This document shows positions 10,920 through 20,746 of a stretch of DNA of 64,000 bases, one piece after another. The notes beneath the pieces were generated by a model. It searched no databases and was not told the origin of the DNA. It was given only the letters and a program-made list of their open reading frames with translations. The position numbers and the translations under genes were made by a program. The DNA is from Candidatus Methylomirabilia bacterium (GTDB taxonomy: Bacteria; Methylomirabilota; Methylomirabilia; Rokubacteriales; CSP1-6): NCBI GenBank assembly GCA_041496385.1, contig JBGQEL010000008.1, positions 22,175-86,174 of the forward strand, in the 5' to 3' direction. The first letter of the stretch is position 1; each line of letters opens with the position of its first letter.

Positions 10920-10935
10920 AGCAACCCGAGTGCCA
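10920..10935 (-). promoter_or_regulatory. Sigma-54 -24/-12 promoter
   Basis: TGGCAC-TCGGG-TTGCT on minus strand, exact consensus spacing, about 45 nt before first gene of cluster. Confidence 0.8.
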
Positions 10936-11135
10936 CGCGGCGCCGCGCGAGAAGCGCTGAATTCTTTGGCTTTCCTGGAAGCGCGCCCGGCTCCGTCTGG
11001 GGCGGCGACGCCTCACTGAGGCGGCGGACGCGCAACCACCACGATCGAGTGAGCTATTTGACGTGGTCTCCAGCCCGGGAACCCGCGTCCCACGCGGGAT
11101 GGCGGCGCCGCCTCGCCGGAGGGTCGCCGGGTATC

Positions 11136-11320
11136 ATGCCGACGTGGCTCCGGGTGGGGGCGCACCTCAATCCGCTGACCTAGGAGGTCGACGCCCGGCG
11201 GGCGCTGATGCTGGCTGGGGGCACGGCTCTGGCTTGCCCCTCGACTTCGGCGTCATGACGCTCGCCACGACGGCGCTGGTCATGCTCGGAGCGCGGCTCT
11301 ATCCGAAGGTGGTCACCTAA
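11136..11320 (+). pseudogene. Remnant C-terminus of ABC-2 type exporter permease
   Basis: MPTWLRVGAHLNPLT*EVDARRALML (TAG at 11181 where NPLTY is expected), then frameshift to LDFGVMTLATTALVMLGARLYPKVVT; 5' part absent. Confidence 0.7.
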
Positions 11321-11327
11321 CGCGGCG

Positions 11328-12476
11328 TCACGCCCGCAGGAGCTCGCGGGCGACGACGACGCGTTGGATCTGGTTGGTCCCCTCGTAGATCTGCGTGATC
11401 TTGGCGTCCCGCATCATGCGCTCGACCGGATAGTCGCGCGTGTAGCCGTAGCCGCCGAAGATCTGTACGGCGTCCGTCGCGACCTTCATGGCCGCGTCGC
11501 CGGCGAAGCACTTCGCCATGGACGACTCGAGCGCGCTGCGCGGGGCGCCCCGGTCCACGAGGGCGGCGGCGTGGTGCACCATGAGCCGCGCGCCGTGGAC
11601 CTGCATGGCCATGTCGGCGAGCATGAACTGAATCCCCTGGAAGCTCGCGATCGGCTGGCCGAACTGCTGCCGCTCGCGCGCGTACCCGACCGCGGCGTCC
11701 AGCGCGGCCTGGGCGATGCCGACCGCCTGGGCGCCGACCGCGGGGCGTGAACCGTCGAGCAGGCGGAGGGCGAGCGTGAAGCCCTCGCCTTCGTCCCCCA
11801 GGCGATTCTCGACGGGCACCTCGCAGTCGGTGAGGTGGATCGCCACCGTCGGCGACCCGCGGACGCCGAGCTTGCGCTCCAGCTTGCCCAGGGCGAAGCC
11901 CGGGAACCCGGGCTCGATCAGGAACGCGGTGACGCCGTGCCGGCCCCGGCCGCGGTCCACCGAGGCGAAGAGGGTGATGACGCCGGCGTGGCTGCCGTTC
12001 GTCACCCACATCTTCGTCCCGTTCAGGACGTAGCGGGCGCCGCGCCGCACGGCCGTGGTCGAGATCGACGCCGCGTCCGAGCCCGAGCCCGGCTCCGAGA
12101 GCGAGAACGCCGCGGTGATCTCGCCCGACGCGAGGCGCGGCAGGTAGCGGCGCTTCTGATCCTCGCTGCCCGCGAGCACGATGGGGAACCCGCCCGCGTA
12201 CTGGACGAGATAGATGACCGCGGTGGAGGCGCAGGCCCAGGCGATCTCCTCGACGGCGAGGCAGAAGGCGAGCGCGCCCATCTCGGTGCCGCCGTAGGCC
12301 TCGGGAACGTAGAGTCCCATGACCCCCTGCTCGGCGAGCCGCCGCAGCTGCTCGGCCGGGTACGCCTCCGTCTCGTCCACCTCCGCCGCCTTGGGCGCGA
12401 TGCGCCCGCGGGCGACGGCGCGGACGAGGTCGCGCATCTGGCGCTGCTCGTCGGAGAGATAGAAGAGGTCGCGCAT
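11328..12476 (-). CDS. Acyl-CoA dehydrogenase
   Basis: [39 protein letters not shown]. Confidence 0.93.
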   Translation of the reverse strand: MRDLFYLSDEQRQMRDLVRAVARGRIAPKAAEVDETEAYPAEQLRRLAEQGVMGLYVPEAYGGTEMGALAFCLAVEEIAWACASTAVIYLVQYAGGFPIVLAGSEDQKRRYLPRLASGEITAAFSLSEPGSGSDAASISTTAVRRGARYVLNGTKMWVTNGSHAGVITLFASVDRGRGRHGVTAFLIEPGFPGFALGKLERKLGVRGSPTVAIHLTDCEVPVENRLGDEGEGFTLALRLLDGSRPAVGAQAVGIAQAALDAAVGYARERQQFGQPIASFQGIQFMLADMAMQVHGARLMVHHAAALVDRGAPRSALESSMAKCFAGDAAMKVATDAVQIFGGYGYTRDYPVERMMRDAKITQIYEGTNQIQRVVVARELLRA

Positions 12477-12606
12477 CGCCGGCATTATCCGCCACTCCCT
12501 TCCGCCTGACAATTCTGGTCACCTCGTGCCGCACAGTCTCGTCCCACGCGGGGCTTTCCGGATCGAAGTTGCGGTGGAAGTGCCCGACATTCCGCGCCTG
12601 CGGTCC

Positions 12607-12621
12607 TGGCACCGGCTTTGC
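12607..12621 (+). promoter_or_regulatory. Sigma-54 -24/-12 promoter
   Basis: TGGCAC-CGGCT-TTGC ending 18 nt before GT2 ATG. Confidence 0.65.
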
Positions 12622-12639
12622 GAATCCGACGACCCGGCC

Positions 12640-13476
12640 ATGCACAGAGATCCCAAGGTCGTGGTGGTGATGCCGGCATACAACGCCGGGCGGACGCTCC
12701 GGATGACCTACGAGGAGCTGCCGAAGGACGCGGTGAACCTCGTGATCCTGGTGGACGACGGCTCCACCGACGCGACGCTCGACGTCGCCCGCCAGCTGGG
12801 CCTCGAGATCTTCGTCCACAACCGCAACTACGGCTACGGCGCGAATCAGAAGACCTGCTACGCGGAGGCCCTGCGCGCCGGCGCCGAGATCGTCGTGATG
12901 GTGCATCCCGACTACCAGTACGATCCGCGCCTCGTGCCGCAGATCGTCGAGCCGATCATCAGGGGCGAGGCCGACGTCGTGCTGGGCTCGCGGCTCAAGA
13001 CCGGGTCGGCGCTCCGGCAGGGCATGCCCTGGTGGAAGTTCGTCGCGAACCGCTTTCTCACCGGGCTCGAGAACCGCGCCTTCGGGCTCCGCCTCTCGGA
13101 GTACCACACGGGCTACCGCGCGTTCCGCCGCGAGGTCCTCGAGACGGTGAATCTCCAGCTGAACTCGGACGGGTTCGTCTTCGACCAGGAGATCGTCGCA
13201 CAGGTCGTCGCGACCGGGCGCTTCCGGATCGCCGAGATCGCGGTGCCGACGCGCTACTTCCCCGAGGCGTCGTCGGCGAGCTTCTGGGCGTCCACGGTCT
13301 ACGGCCTCCGCATCCTGTCGGTTCTCGCGCGCTACGCCCTCCACGCCAAGGGCGTGCGGCGCTCGCGCTCCTTCGACAGCCTCCGCGGCCGCTACGCGCG
13401 GCTCGCGGGCACGCCCGACGCTTCGCTGAACGACACCGCCGCGCGGCGCGAGTCGGCTCCGGTCCCGGTCCGCTAG
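12640..13476 (+). CDS. Glycosyltransferase family 2 (polyprenol-phosphate sugar synthase-like)
   Basis: VVMPAYNA, LVDDGSTD, NYGYGA, MVHPDYQY, VLGSR. Confidence 0.9.
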   Translation: MHRDPKVVVVMPAYNAGRTLRMTYEELPKDAVNLVILVDDGSTDATLDVARQLGLEIFVHNRNYGYGANQKTCYAEALRAGAEIVVMVHPDYQYDPRLVPQIVEPIIRGEADVVLGSRLKTGSALRQGMPWWKFVANRFLTGLENRAFGLRLSEYHTGYRAFRREVLETVNLQLNSDGFVFDQEIVAQVVATGRFRIAEIAVPTRYFPEASSASFWASTVYGLRILSVLARYALHAKGVRRSRSFDSLRGRYARLAGTPDASLNDTAARRESAPVPVR

Positions 13477-13628
13477 GACCCGGAGTCCGCTCGCGCCGCG
13501 CGGCGGCTAAGAACCCCCGCCCCGGCCCTTCTGCTATCATTGCGTCTCCCGCCCGACAGCGTGGTCGTCGGAGAGCGGCAACGACGCCCCGAGACACGGA
13601 TCGCCCGAACGCGAAAGGAGACGCGCAC

Positions 13629-14756
13629 ATGGCACGACTCAGAACGAAGAAGCGCATGCTGGCGGGCGTCGCGGCGCTGGCCCTGGTGTTCGCCGCAGGG
13701 CTCTACGCCGTGGCCCAGCAGCCGATGGACGAAGTGAAGCGCGACCGGACGATGCTCGCCGGCGGCGCCCGCGTCCACGTCCTTCCCGCGACGCTCGAGA
13801 CGACGCAGTGGGGCTGGCTCGATCCGAAGGAGCCGCCCAAGCTCCTCGTGAAGTCCGGCGACGTCGTCGCCGTCGAGACGATGATGCACGCGCACAACAA
13901 GATCCAGCCGGGCACGACGATGGAGGAGATCGTCGCGCTCCGGAAGGCGAACCCGGGGGGCGGGCCGCACTCGCTGACCGGGCCGATCTACGTCGACGGT
14001 GCCGAGCCCGGCGATGTGATGGAGATCCGTATCCTCAAGATCGTGCCGAAGGCGTTCGGCACGAACTTCAGCCTACCGGGCAAGGAGTTCCCGACGATCG
14101 GCGCGCTGGCCCCCGAGATGCCCGACGGGTTCCTGAAGTATTTCTACCTCGACTGGGAGAAGCGTCAGGCGGAGTTCAAGCCAGGCATCATGGTCGACCT
14201 GCAGCCCTTCCCCGGCACCCTCGCCGTCGGCATCGACCCGAAGGACCCGTCGCCCCGCAAGGGCGGCTCGACCGACGCGATGGCGCCCGTCTCCACGCTC
14301 CGGCCCTGGAAGAACGGGTCGAACATGGACATCAACGAGCTGCAGGAGGGCACGACGATCTTCATCCCCGTGTTCCTCAAGGGCGGCCTCGTCTGGACCG
14401 GCGACTCCCACTGCCGCCAGGGCAACGGTGAGGTCAACCTCACCGCGCTCGAGTGCTCCTACCGCGAGATCGTCATGCAGCTGATCGTCCGCAAGGACAT
14501 GAAGCTCGAGTGGCCGCGCATCGAGACGAAGACGCACTGGATCGCGACCGGCTTCGACGAGGACCTGAACAAGGCGATGGTCAACGCCGTGCGCGAGGCG
14601 GTGGACATGCTCGCGGCGCAGAAGGCCGTGCCGCTCACGCGCTACGAGGCCTACTCGCTGGTCTCGATGGTGGGCGACTGCCGTGTGAGCCAGGTCGTCG
14701 ACGTGCGCAAGGGCGTCCACTGCATGATTCCGAAGGCGATCTTCGCCAAGAAGTAG
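13629..14756 (+). CDS. Acetamidase/formamidase family protein with signal peptide
   Basis: HSLTGPIYVDGAEPGD, NGSNMD, GDSHCRQGNGE; AAAGGAG RBS; N-terminal hydrophobic leader. Confidence 0.85.
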   Translation: MARLRTKKRMLAGVAALALVFAAGLYAVAQQPMDEVKRDRTMLAGGARVHVLPATLETTQWGWLDPKEPPKLLVKSGDVVAVETMMHAHNKIQPGTTMEEIVALRKANPGGGPHSLTGPIYVDGAEPGDVMEIRILKIVPKAFGTNFSLPGKEFPTIGALAPEMPDGFLKYFYLDWEKRQAEFKPGIMVDLQPFPGTLAVGIDPKDPSPRKGGSTDAMAPVSTLRPWKNGSNMDINELQEGTTIFIPVFLKGGLVWTGDSHCRQGNGEVNLTALECSYREIVMQLIVRKDMKLEWPRIETKTHWIATGFDEDLNKAMVNAVREAVDMLAAQKAVPLTRYEAYSLVSMVGDCRVSQVVDVRKGVHCMIPKAIFAKK

Positions 14757-14758
14757 GA

Positions 14759-15706
14759 GTGCGCGCGGCGCTCCTGCTCGTGCTGCTGGCGGCCGCCCCC
14801 GCGTGGGGGAGCCGGGAGGGGGGCGGGGCCCCCCTCTCGGGGCCGGCCGCCGGCGCGCTGCGGGTCGTCACCACGTCCACCGATCTCAGGGCGCTCGTCG
14901 AGGTGGTCGGCGGCGACCGCGTCGCCGTCGAGAGCCTGGCGCCCGCCGTCCACGACCCGCACGCGGTCGAGGTCACGCCGGGGCGGCTCCGCCACCTGAA
15001 GGACGCGCAGCTCCTCGTCCGCATCGGCCTCGACCACGAGCCCTGGCTCGCGCGCGCGCTCGCGACCGTGAACGCCCCGCGCTTCGCGCCCGGAGGGCCG
15101 CACGACCTCGACGCCTCGAAGGGCATCGAGCTCCTGCAGGCGGAGACCGCGCGCGTCAGGAGCGAGCGCGGCGTGCACGTGCACGGGTTCGGCAACCCCC
15201 ACTACTGGCTCGACCCCGTGAACGCGCGCCCGATCACCGCCGCGATCGCCGCCGCGCTCACCCGTTTGGCGCCCGCGGAACGCGAGACCTTCGCGACGAA
15301 CCGCGCACGCTTCCTCGACCGGCTCGACGCGTCACTCGCGCGCTGGACCACGGCCCTGGCCCCCTACCGGGGCGCCCGTGCGGTCGTCGTCCACGACAGC
15401 TGGCCCTACTTCGCCCGGCGCTTCGGCCTCGTGATCGTGGCGGCGGTGGAGCCGGCCCCCGGCGTCCCGCCCGCGCCTGCCTCCCTCGTCGCGCTGACCG
15501 CGCGCATGCGCGCGGCCGGCATTCCACTGCTGATCGCCGAGCCCAGCTCGAGCGCGGCGCTGGTCGCCCAGGTTGCCGAGCGCGGCGGCGCCCGCGTGGT
15601 CACGCTCATCCCGTCGGTCGGCGGCGACCCTGAGGCGCGCGACTACCTCGAGCTCTTCGAGGTCAACGTCGGCCGGCTCGCGCGGGCGCTCGGCGGCGCG
15701 CGGTAG
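14759..15706 (+). CDS. Metal (Zn/Mn) ABC transporter substrate-binding protein
   Basis: DPHAVE, GNPHYWLDP, HDSWPYF; GTG start. Confidence 0.88.
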   Translation: MRAALLLVLLAAAPAWGSREGGGAPLSGPAAGALRVVTTSTDLRALVEVVGGDRVAVESLAPAVHDPHAVEVTPGRLRHLKDAQLLVRIGLDHEPWLARALATVNAPRFAPGGPHDLDASKGIELLQAETARVRSERGVHVHGFGNPHYWLDPVNARPITAAIAAALTRLAPAERETFATNRARFLDRLDASLARWTTALAPYRGARAVVVHDSWPYFARRFGLVIVAAVEPAPGVPPAPASLVALTARMRAAGIPLLIAEPSSSAALVAQVAERGGARVVTLIPSVGGDPEARDYLELFEVNVGRLARALGGAR

Positions 15707-15716
15707 CGGCCGCGCG

Positions 15717-17006
15717 ATGCTCGACCTCCTCGCCGTCCCCTTCCTCGCCTGCCTGGTGCTCACCGGGATCCACGCGTATCTCGGGCTCCACGTGCTCGCG
15801 CGCGGCGTGATCTTCGTGGACCTGGCACTGGCCCAGGTGGCCGCGCTCGGCATCACGCTCGCGTTCCTCGCGGGGCATCCGATCCAGAGCGACGCCGCCT
15901 ACTGGTACGCGCTCGTCTTCACGCTCGGCGGCGCCGCGCTCTTCGCGCTCTCCCGGATGCGGCGCGCGCGGGTGCCGCAGGAGGCGGTCATCGGGATCGT
16001 GTACGCGGTCTCCGCGGCGGCCGCGGTGCTCGTCGTGGACCGCGCGCCCCAGGGCAGCGAGCACATCAAGCAGCTCCTCGTCGGGAGCATCCTCACCGTC
16101 GCGCCCCGCGAGGTGGGCGCGCTGGCCGCGCTCTACGGCGTGATCGGCGTGCTGCACTGGTTCATCCGGCGGCCGCTCCTCGAGATCTCGTTCGCCCCGG
16201 AGCTCGCGGCGGCGCGCGCCGTGCGCTGGTGGGACTTCGTCTTCTACGCGTCGTTCGGCCTGGTCGTCACGAGCTCCGTGCGCGTGGCGGGCGTGCTGCT
16301 CGTCTTCTCCTACCTCATCGTCCCCGCGACCGCCGGGGCGCTCGTCGCGCGCTCGGTCGCCGGCCGGCTCGCCGTGGGCTGGGCCCTCGGCCTCGCGGTG
16401 AGCGCGGCCGGCCTCGCGGCGTCGTATGCGTGGGACCTCCCGACGGGCGCGACGGTCGTCGTGACCTTCGGCGCATTCCTCGCCGCCGTCGCCCTGGTCC
16501 TGGCGGGCCGCGCACTCGCCGCCGCGCTCCGTGCGCGCGGCGCCGATGCCCTGCGCGTTCCCGGCGCCGTGCTCTGCGCCGCCGTGGGGCTCGCCGGGAT
16601 CTTCCTGGCCCTCGCGCCGCGTGGCGACCACCTCTGGCTCGACGGGATCGAGGACGCCGTCCCGGCGCTCGAGCTCGCCTTCCTGACCCCGCGCGAGCGG
16701 GAGACCTGGCGCGACGCCTCCGAGGCGCTGGCCCGCGGCAGCGCCGAGCTGGAGCGGCTGCGCGCGGTGCAGCAGGAAGTCCAGTGGGGCACGCGTCGGA
16801 TGGACGCCGAGACGCAGGACCGCCTCAGGCAGTTCCTGGCGGGCCGCGCCGAGATCGTCGCCGGCGACCGCGTCGTGCTGGGCGCGCTACGCGGAAAGGC
16901 GCGCGAGCGCCAGCGCTGGCTGCTCGGCGCGCCGCTCGCGACCGTGGGCCTGGCGGGCGCCCTCGTCCTGGCCCGAGCGCGTCGGCGCGGGTCTCCCGGG
17001 TCTTGA
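15717..17006 (+). CDS. Metal ABC transporter permease with C-terminal extension
   Basis: GLHVLARGVIFVDLALAQ, GVLLVFSYLIVPA, DLPTGA; many TM helices. Confidence 0.85.
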   Translation: MLDLLAVPFLACLVLTGIHAYLGLHVLARGVIFVDLALAQVAALGITLAFLAGHPIQSDAAYWYALVFTLGGAALFALSRMRRARVPQEAVIGIVYAVSAAAAVLVVDRAPQGSEHIKQLLVGSILTVAPREVGALAALYGVIGVLHWFIRRPLLEISFAPELAAARAVRWWDFVFYASFGLVVTSSVRVAGVLLVFSYLIVPATAGALVARSVAGRLAVGWALGLAVSAAGLAASYAWDLPTGATVVVTFGAFLAAVALVLAGRALAAALRARGADALRVPGAVLCAAVGLAGIFLALAPRGDHLWLDGIEDAVPALELAFLTPRERETWRDASEALARGSAELERLRAVQQEVQWGTRRMDAETQDRLRQFLAGRAEIVAGDRVVLGALRGKARERQRWLLGAPLATVGLAGALVLARARRRGSPGS

Positions 17007-18781
17007 CGACAGAGGGGCCGGTAGGGCAGCATCGCGGGAAGAGAATCTTGTTCGCCTCCCACGCGCCGCCGTCCCCGTCCGACCGACATGGTCCCGCCGC
17101 GACAGGGATCGTGGTGGCGTTCTGTGCGCTCGCGGCCTATCTGGTCGTAGTCGGCGCCGCCGCGCAGCCCGCCGTCCACGCGTATTTCGACGACGTCGCG
17201 ATCCGCGACACCGGGACGGTCTGGACGTCACTGACCTGGCACCCCGGGGATGCGCGACACTTCCTGCCGACGGCCGTGCTCGCGCACATCGAGGGCCCGT
17301 TCCAGTTCGTGTTCTTGAACGCCTACTACCACGCCATCGGCGACCTGCTGCCGCTGACTCAGCGCACGACCCAGTTCCCGAACACCGTCCTCGCCTTCGC
17401 GGGAGCGCTGCTCGCGTACCGGCTGGGGCGGCGGCTCGACGGACGGCGCTTCGGCCTCGCGTTCGGGCTGGCGTTCGCGCTCGCGCCCTGGCTCGGGGTG
17501 TCGATCCGCGTGTCGTGGGTGTACCACACGGCGAGCTGCCTGCTCCAGCTCCTGACGCTCTACCTGTACGTCGGCTTCGTGCTCGAGCCCACGCGCCGCC
17601 TCTACCGCGTGGGCGCGCCGGCGGCGCTCGCCGCCTACCTGCTGACGGGCCTCGACTGGCCGGCGTTCTTCGTCGCGCTCGGCCTGTTCCTGTCTCTCGC
17701 CGGCCGCCTCGGCGACGCGCTCCGGAGCCGGGCGATGCTGCTGCCCGGCGCCGTCGTCGGGGTCTACGCGGTGTGGACGGCGGCCCTGTTCGTGTACGGC
17801 AGGCTCGTGGAGCCGAGCCACGCCGACCTCTGGCAGCATTCGTTCCTCGTGTACCCGTTCGTCAAGGTCGGCGGCGCCGTCGGCTGGCCCCCGCCGGGCG
17901 CGATGGTCGTCTACGCTCTGGAGACCCTTGGACTCGCGCTGCCCGCCGCCGCCTGGGTCCTCGCGACGCAGCGCCCGTGGCGTCCCGCGGGCAACGGCGA
18001 CGACCGGGTCGCGGGCGTGCGGCGCGCGTGGCTGCTGGCGATGGGGGCGTGGGCGGTCGTGGGCCTCCTGCCGTTGCTCAAGCTCTCCAGGCACGTGACG
18101 TACGCCTTCGTCGAGGCCGTTCCCTTCGCCGCTCTCGCGGCGGTCTGGCTCGCGCGGCTAAGCGGCCCCTGGTGGGCCGTCGTGCTCCTCGTGATGGTCG
18201 GCTGGCAGCTGGTGAACGTGTGGAGCAGCGTACCCCCCGCCGAGACCCGGATGGATCGACGCGTCCTCGCGGCGGCGGCGTTCCTCAACGAGCGGCGACC
18301 CGATCTTCTCGCGGCGGACAGGACCGCGTTCTTGCCGTGGAACGAGCCCGCCAACGTCGGGCAGTACGCGAGGGGTCGCAACGAGCGGATCATCATGCCC
18401 ACGGATTTCCCCGCGGAGCGGGGCTCGATGTCGCGGGGCTCGAAGGTTTCGGTCCTGACGGACTTCCTGGACGCCTACGAGTCGCGCGGCACCATCGAGG
18501 CCGACTGGCTCGTCCTGTCGTCGGACCTGCTGTCGAGCGGGTCACCGGCCGTGCCGTTCTACCAGCGGCTCCGCGACGATCCCCAGGTCGACTGGATCGC
18601 GACGTTCCGCGATCCCTCCGGACGGATGCTCTGGCTCGGCGAGGTCCGGCGGGGGATGGCGCGAGCCGGCGCGGCCGCGGCGGCCATCGTCGACGACGGT
18701 CCGCTCGCTGACGTCTATGCGCGGAAGTACGACTGGATCAGCTTTCTGAAGAAGAACGCCCGATACGTCTCGCACTACTGA
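17003..18781 (+). CDS. Multi-pass membrane protein, possibly GT-C/ArnT-like glycosyltransferase
   Basis: Many hydrophobic segments, N-terminal loop YFDD...HIEGP, soluble C-terminal domain; start uncertain (TTG overlapping upstream stop). Confidence 0.5.
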   Translation: MTTEGPVGQHRGKRILFASHAPPSPSDRHGPAATGIVVAFCALAAYLVVVGAAAQPAVHAYFDDVAIRDTGTVWTSLTWHPGDARHFLPTAVLAHIEGPFQFVFLNAYYHAIGDLLPLTQRTTQFPNTVLAFAGALLAYRLGRRLDGRRFGLAFGLAFALAPWLGVSIRVSWVYHTASCLLQLLTLYLYVGFVLEPTRRLYRVGAPAALAAYLLTGLDWPAFFVALGLFLSLAGRLGDALRSRAMLLPGAVVGVYAVWTAALFVYGRLVEPSHADLWQHSFLVYPFVKVGGAVGWPPPGAMVVYALETLGLALPAAAWVLATQRPWRPAGNGDDRVAGVRRAWLLAMGAWAVVGLLPLLKLSRHVTYAFVEAVPFAALAAVWLARLSGPWWAVVLLVMVGWQLVNVWSSVPPAETRMDRRVLAAAAFLNERRPDLLAADRTAFLPWNEPANVGQYARGRNERIIMPTDFPAERGSMSRGSKVSVLTDFLDAYESRGTIEADWLVLSSDLLSSGSPAVPFYQRLRDDPQVDWIATFRDPSGRMLWLGEVRRGMARAGAAAAAIVDDGPLADVYARKYDWISFLKKNARYVSHY

Positions 18782-18787
18782 GCGGCG

Positions 18788-19645
18788 TCATCTCGCCTCG
18801 TAGGTGTAGAACCCCCGGCCCGTCTTCCGTCCGAGGTGTCCGGCCATGACCATCCGCTTGAGCAGCGGCGGCGGCGCGTAGCGGGGCTCGCGGAACTCCT
18901 CGAACATCACCTCGGCGACGTACATCGTCGTGTCGAGGCCGACGAGGTCGAGGAGCGTGAACGGCCCCATCGGGTAGCCGCAGCCGAGCTTCATGGCCTG
19001 GTCGATGTCCTCGCGCGTCGCGAGCCCACCCTCGTAGACGCGGATCGCGTCGAGCAGGTACGGCACCAGCAGCCGGTTGACGATGAACGCCGTCGAATCC
19101 TTCGTCTGGACGGGCGTCTTGCCCACGGTCCGCACCCAGTCCGTGGCCGCCTTCAGGGCGGCCTCCTGGGTGAGGATCGTCCGCGCGACCTCGACGAGCT
19201 TCATGAGCGGCACGGGATTGAAGAAGTGGAGGCCGAGCACCTGACCCGGACGCTTCGTGGCGGCCGCCATCGCGGTCACGTTGCACGACGAGGTATTCGT
19301 CGCCAGGAGGGCGTCGGGCGGACAGATCCGGTCGAGCTTGGCGAAGGTCTCGTTCTTGAGCTGCTGGTTCTCGGTCATGGCCTCGACCACGAGGTCGCAC
19401 GACTTGAGATCGTCGAGCCGCGTCGTGCCGGCGATGCGCGCCAGCGTCTCGTCCTTCACCGCGGGGTCGAGCTTGCCCTTGGCGGCAAGGCCCTCGAGCG
19501 TCTCGCGGAGCCGGGTGAGCCCCCGCTTGACCAGCTCGTCGGTCGCCTCGACGAAGAGCACCGGGAAGCCTGCCTGCGCGGCCACCTGCACGATGCCGCC
19601 GCCCATGAGGCCACAGCCGATGACCCCGACCTGCTTGATGGCCAC
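18788..19645 (-). CDS. 3-hydroxybutyryl-CoA dehydrogenase
   Basis: GCGLMGGG, LATNTSS, GLHFFNP, GYPMGP, GRKTGRGFY. Confidence 0.92.
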   Translation of the reverse strand: MAIKQVGVIGCGLMGGGIVQVAAQAGFPVLFVEATDELVKRGLTRLRETLEGLAAKGKLDPAVKDETLARIAGTTRLDDLKSCDLVVEAMTENQQLKNETFAKLDRICPPDALLATNTSSCNVTAMAAATKRPGQVLGLHFFNPVPLMKLVEVARTILTQEAALKAATDWVRTVGKTPVQTKDSTAFIVNRLLVPYLLDAIRVYEGGLATREDIDQAMKLGCGYPMGPFTLLDLVGLDTTMYVAEVMFEEFREPRYAPPPLLKRMVMAGHLGRKTGRGFYTYEAR

Positions 19646-19653
19646 GCGACGCC

Positions 19654-19944
19654 CTAGTAGCGGGCGCGACGGCCCGGCAGCGACGGCGGCTCGTAGTGCA
19701 CGTCGCCCGGCGGGCACGGGTTCCGGACGACGATGGTGATGCCCGAGGCGGAGGGTGAGCGGGGCGCCGGACCCGGATCGCGGAGCGACTCGTCGAGGGC
19801 GGAGACGCGCGGCGCGCTCGGCTGCGCCATGATGCTGAGGAGCATCGACGCGCTGATCTGCGCCTTGACCTCCTCGGCCGAGGCGGCCGAGCCGAGTGCC
19901 AGGAGCCCGAACACGACGCCGGCGAGGATCCGCAGCTTAACCAT
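19654..19944 (-). CDS. Small secreted hypothetical protein
   Basis: Signal peptide ending AASA; fills gap in minus-strand run. Confidence 0.6.
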   Translation of the reverse strand: MVKLRILAGVVFGLLALGSAASAEEVKAQISASMLLSIMAQPSAPRVSALDESLRDPGPAPRSPSASGITIVVRNPCPPGDVHYEPPSLPGRRARY

Positions 19945-19978
19945 GGATCGACTCTACCATCATTGCCCGGATGGCTCC

Positions 19979-20503
19979 TTACTCGTATACGATGAGGGCG
20001 TGCAGCGGAACATTCTTGAGCTTCTCGCGGCCGCGCAGGAACGCGAGCTCGATCATGAAGGTGGCGCCGACGACCTGGCCCCCGAGCAACTGAATCAGGC
20101 GAAGCGTCGCGGCCATCGTGCCGCCGGTCGCCAGCAGATCGTCCGCCGCGAGCACGCGCTGCCCGGGGCTGATGGCATCCTCGTGGATGGCGAGCGCGTC
20201 CCGCCCGTACTCGAGCTCGTACTCGACCGCGACCGTCTTGCCGGGCAGCTTGCCGAGCTTGCGCACCGGCACGAAGCCCGCGTTGAGCTGGTGGGCGAGC
20301 GCGCCGCCGAGAATGAAGCCGCGCGATTCGACCCCCACGACGACGTCCACGCGCTGGGTCCGGTATCGCTCGGCCAGCAGGTCGATGACGCGGCGGAACG
20401 CCGGACCTTCCTTGAGGAGTGTGGTGATGTCCTTGAAGAGGATCCCCGCCGTCGGGAAGTCCTTGATGTCCCGGATCTTCGCCCTGAGCTCGGCGACGTC
20501 CAT
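19979..20503 (-). CDS. apt: Adenine phosphoribosyltransferase
   Basis: DFPTAGILFKDIT, ESRGF, RKLGKLPG, DDLLATGGT. Confidence 0.95.
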   Translation of the reverse strand: MDVAELRAKIRDIKDFPTAGILFKDITTLLKEGPAFRRVIDLLAERYRTQRVDVVVGVESRGFILGGALAHQLNAGFVPVRKLGKLPGKTVAVEYELEYGRDALAIHEDAISPGQRVLAADDLLATGGTMAATLRLIQLLGGQVVGATFMIELAFLRGREKLKNVPLHALIVYE

Positions 20504-20690
20504 CGCGGGCCCATCTTACAAGCGCGTTGCCGCACCGCGCAAGAAGGCGTATGGACGTCAGAGTGTCCATCAGCGAACCAAGCTGACACGGGCGTGCCTG
20601 CGGTTCGTCAGTCCGCTGACACTCGGACGTTCTCCCGGCCGGCTGCCAACCCGGTAATTTCACAGTGCGCCGGCTCGGCCGTGAGCCGCG

Positions 20691-20706
20691 TGGCATTCAA
20701 GTTGCT
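20691..20706 (+). promoter_or_regulatory. Sigma-54 -24/-12 promoter
   Basis: TGGCAT-TCAAG-TTGCT about 40 nt before AGGAGG-preceded ATG at 20747. Confidence 0.7.
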
Positions 20707-20746
20707 GTCCGAGCATCGCACGGAACACGTCGCGTAGGAGGGCTGC

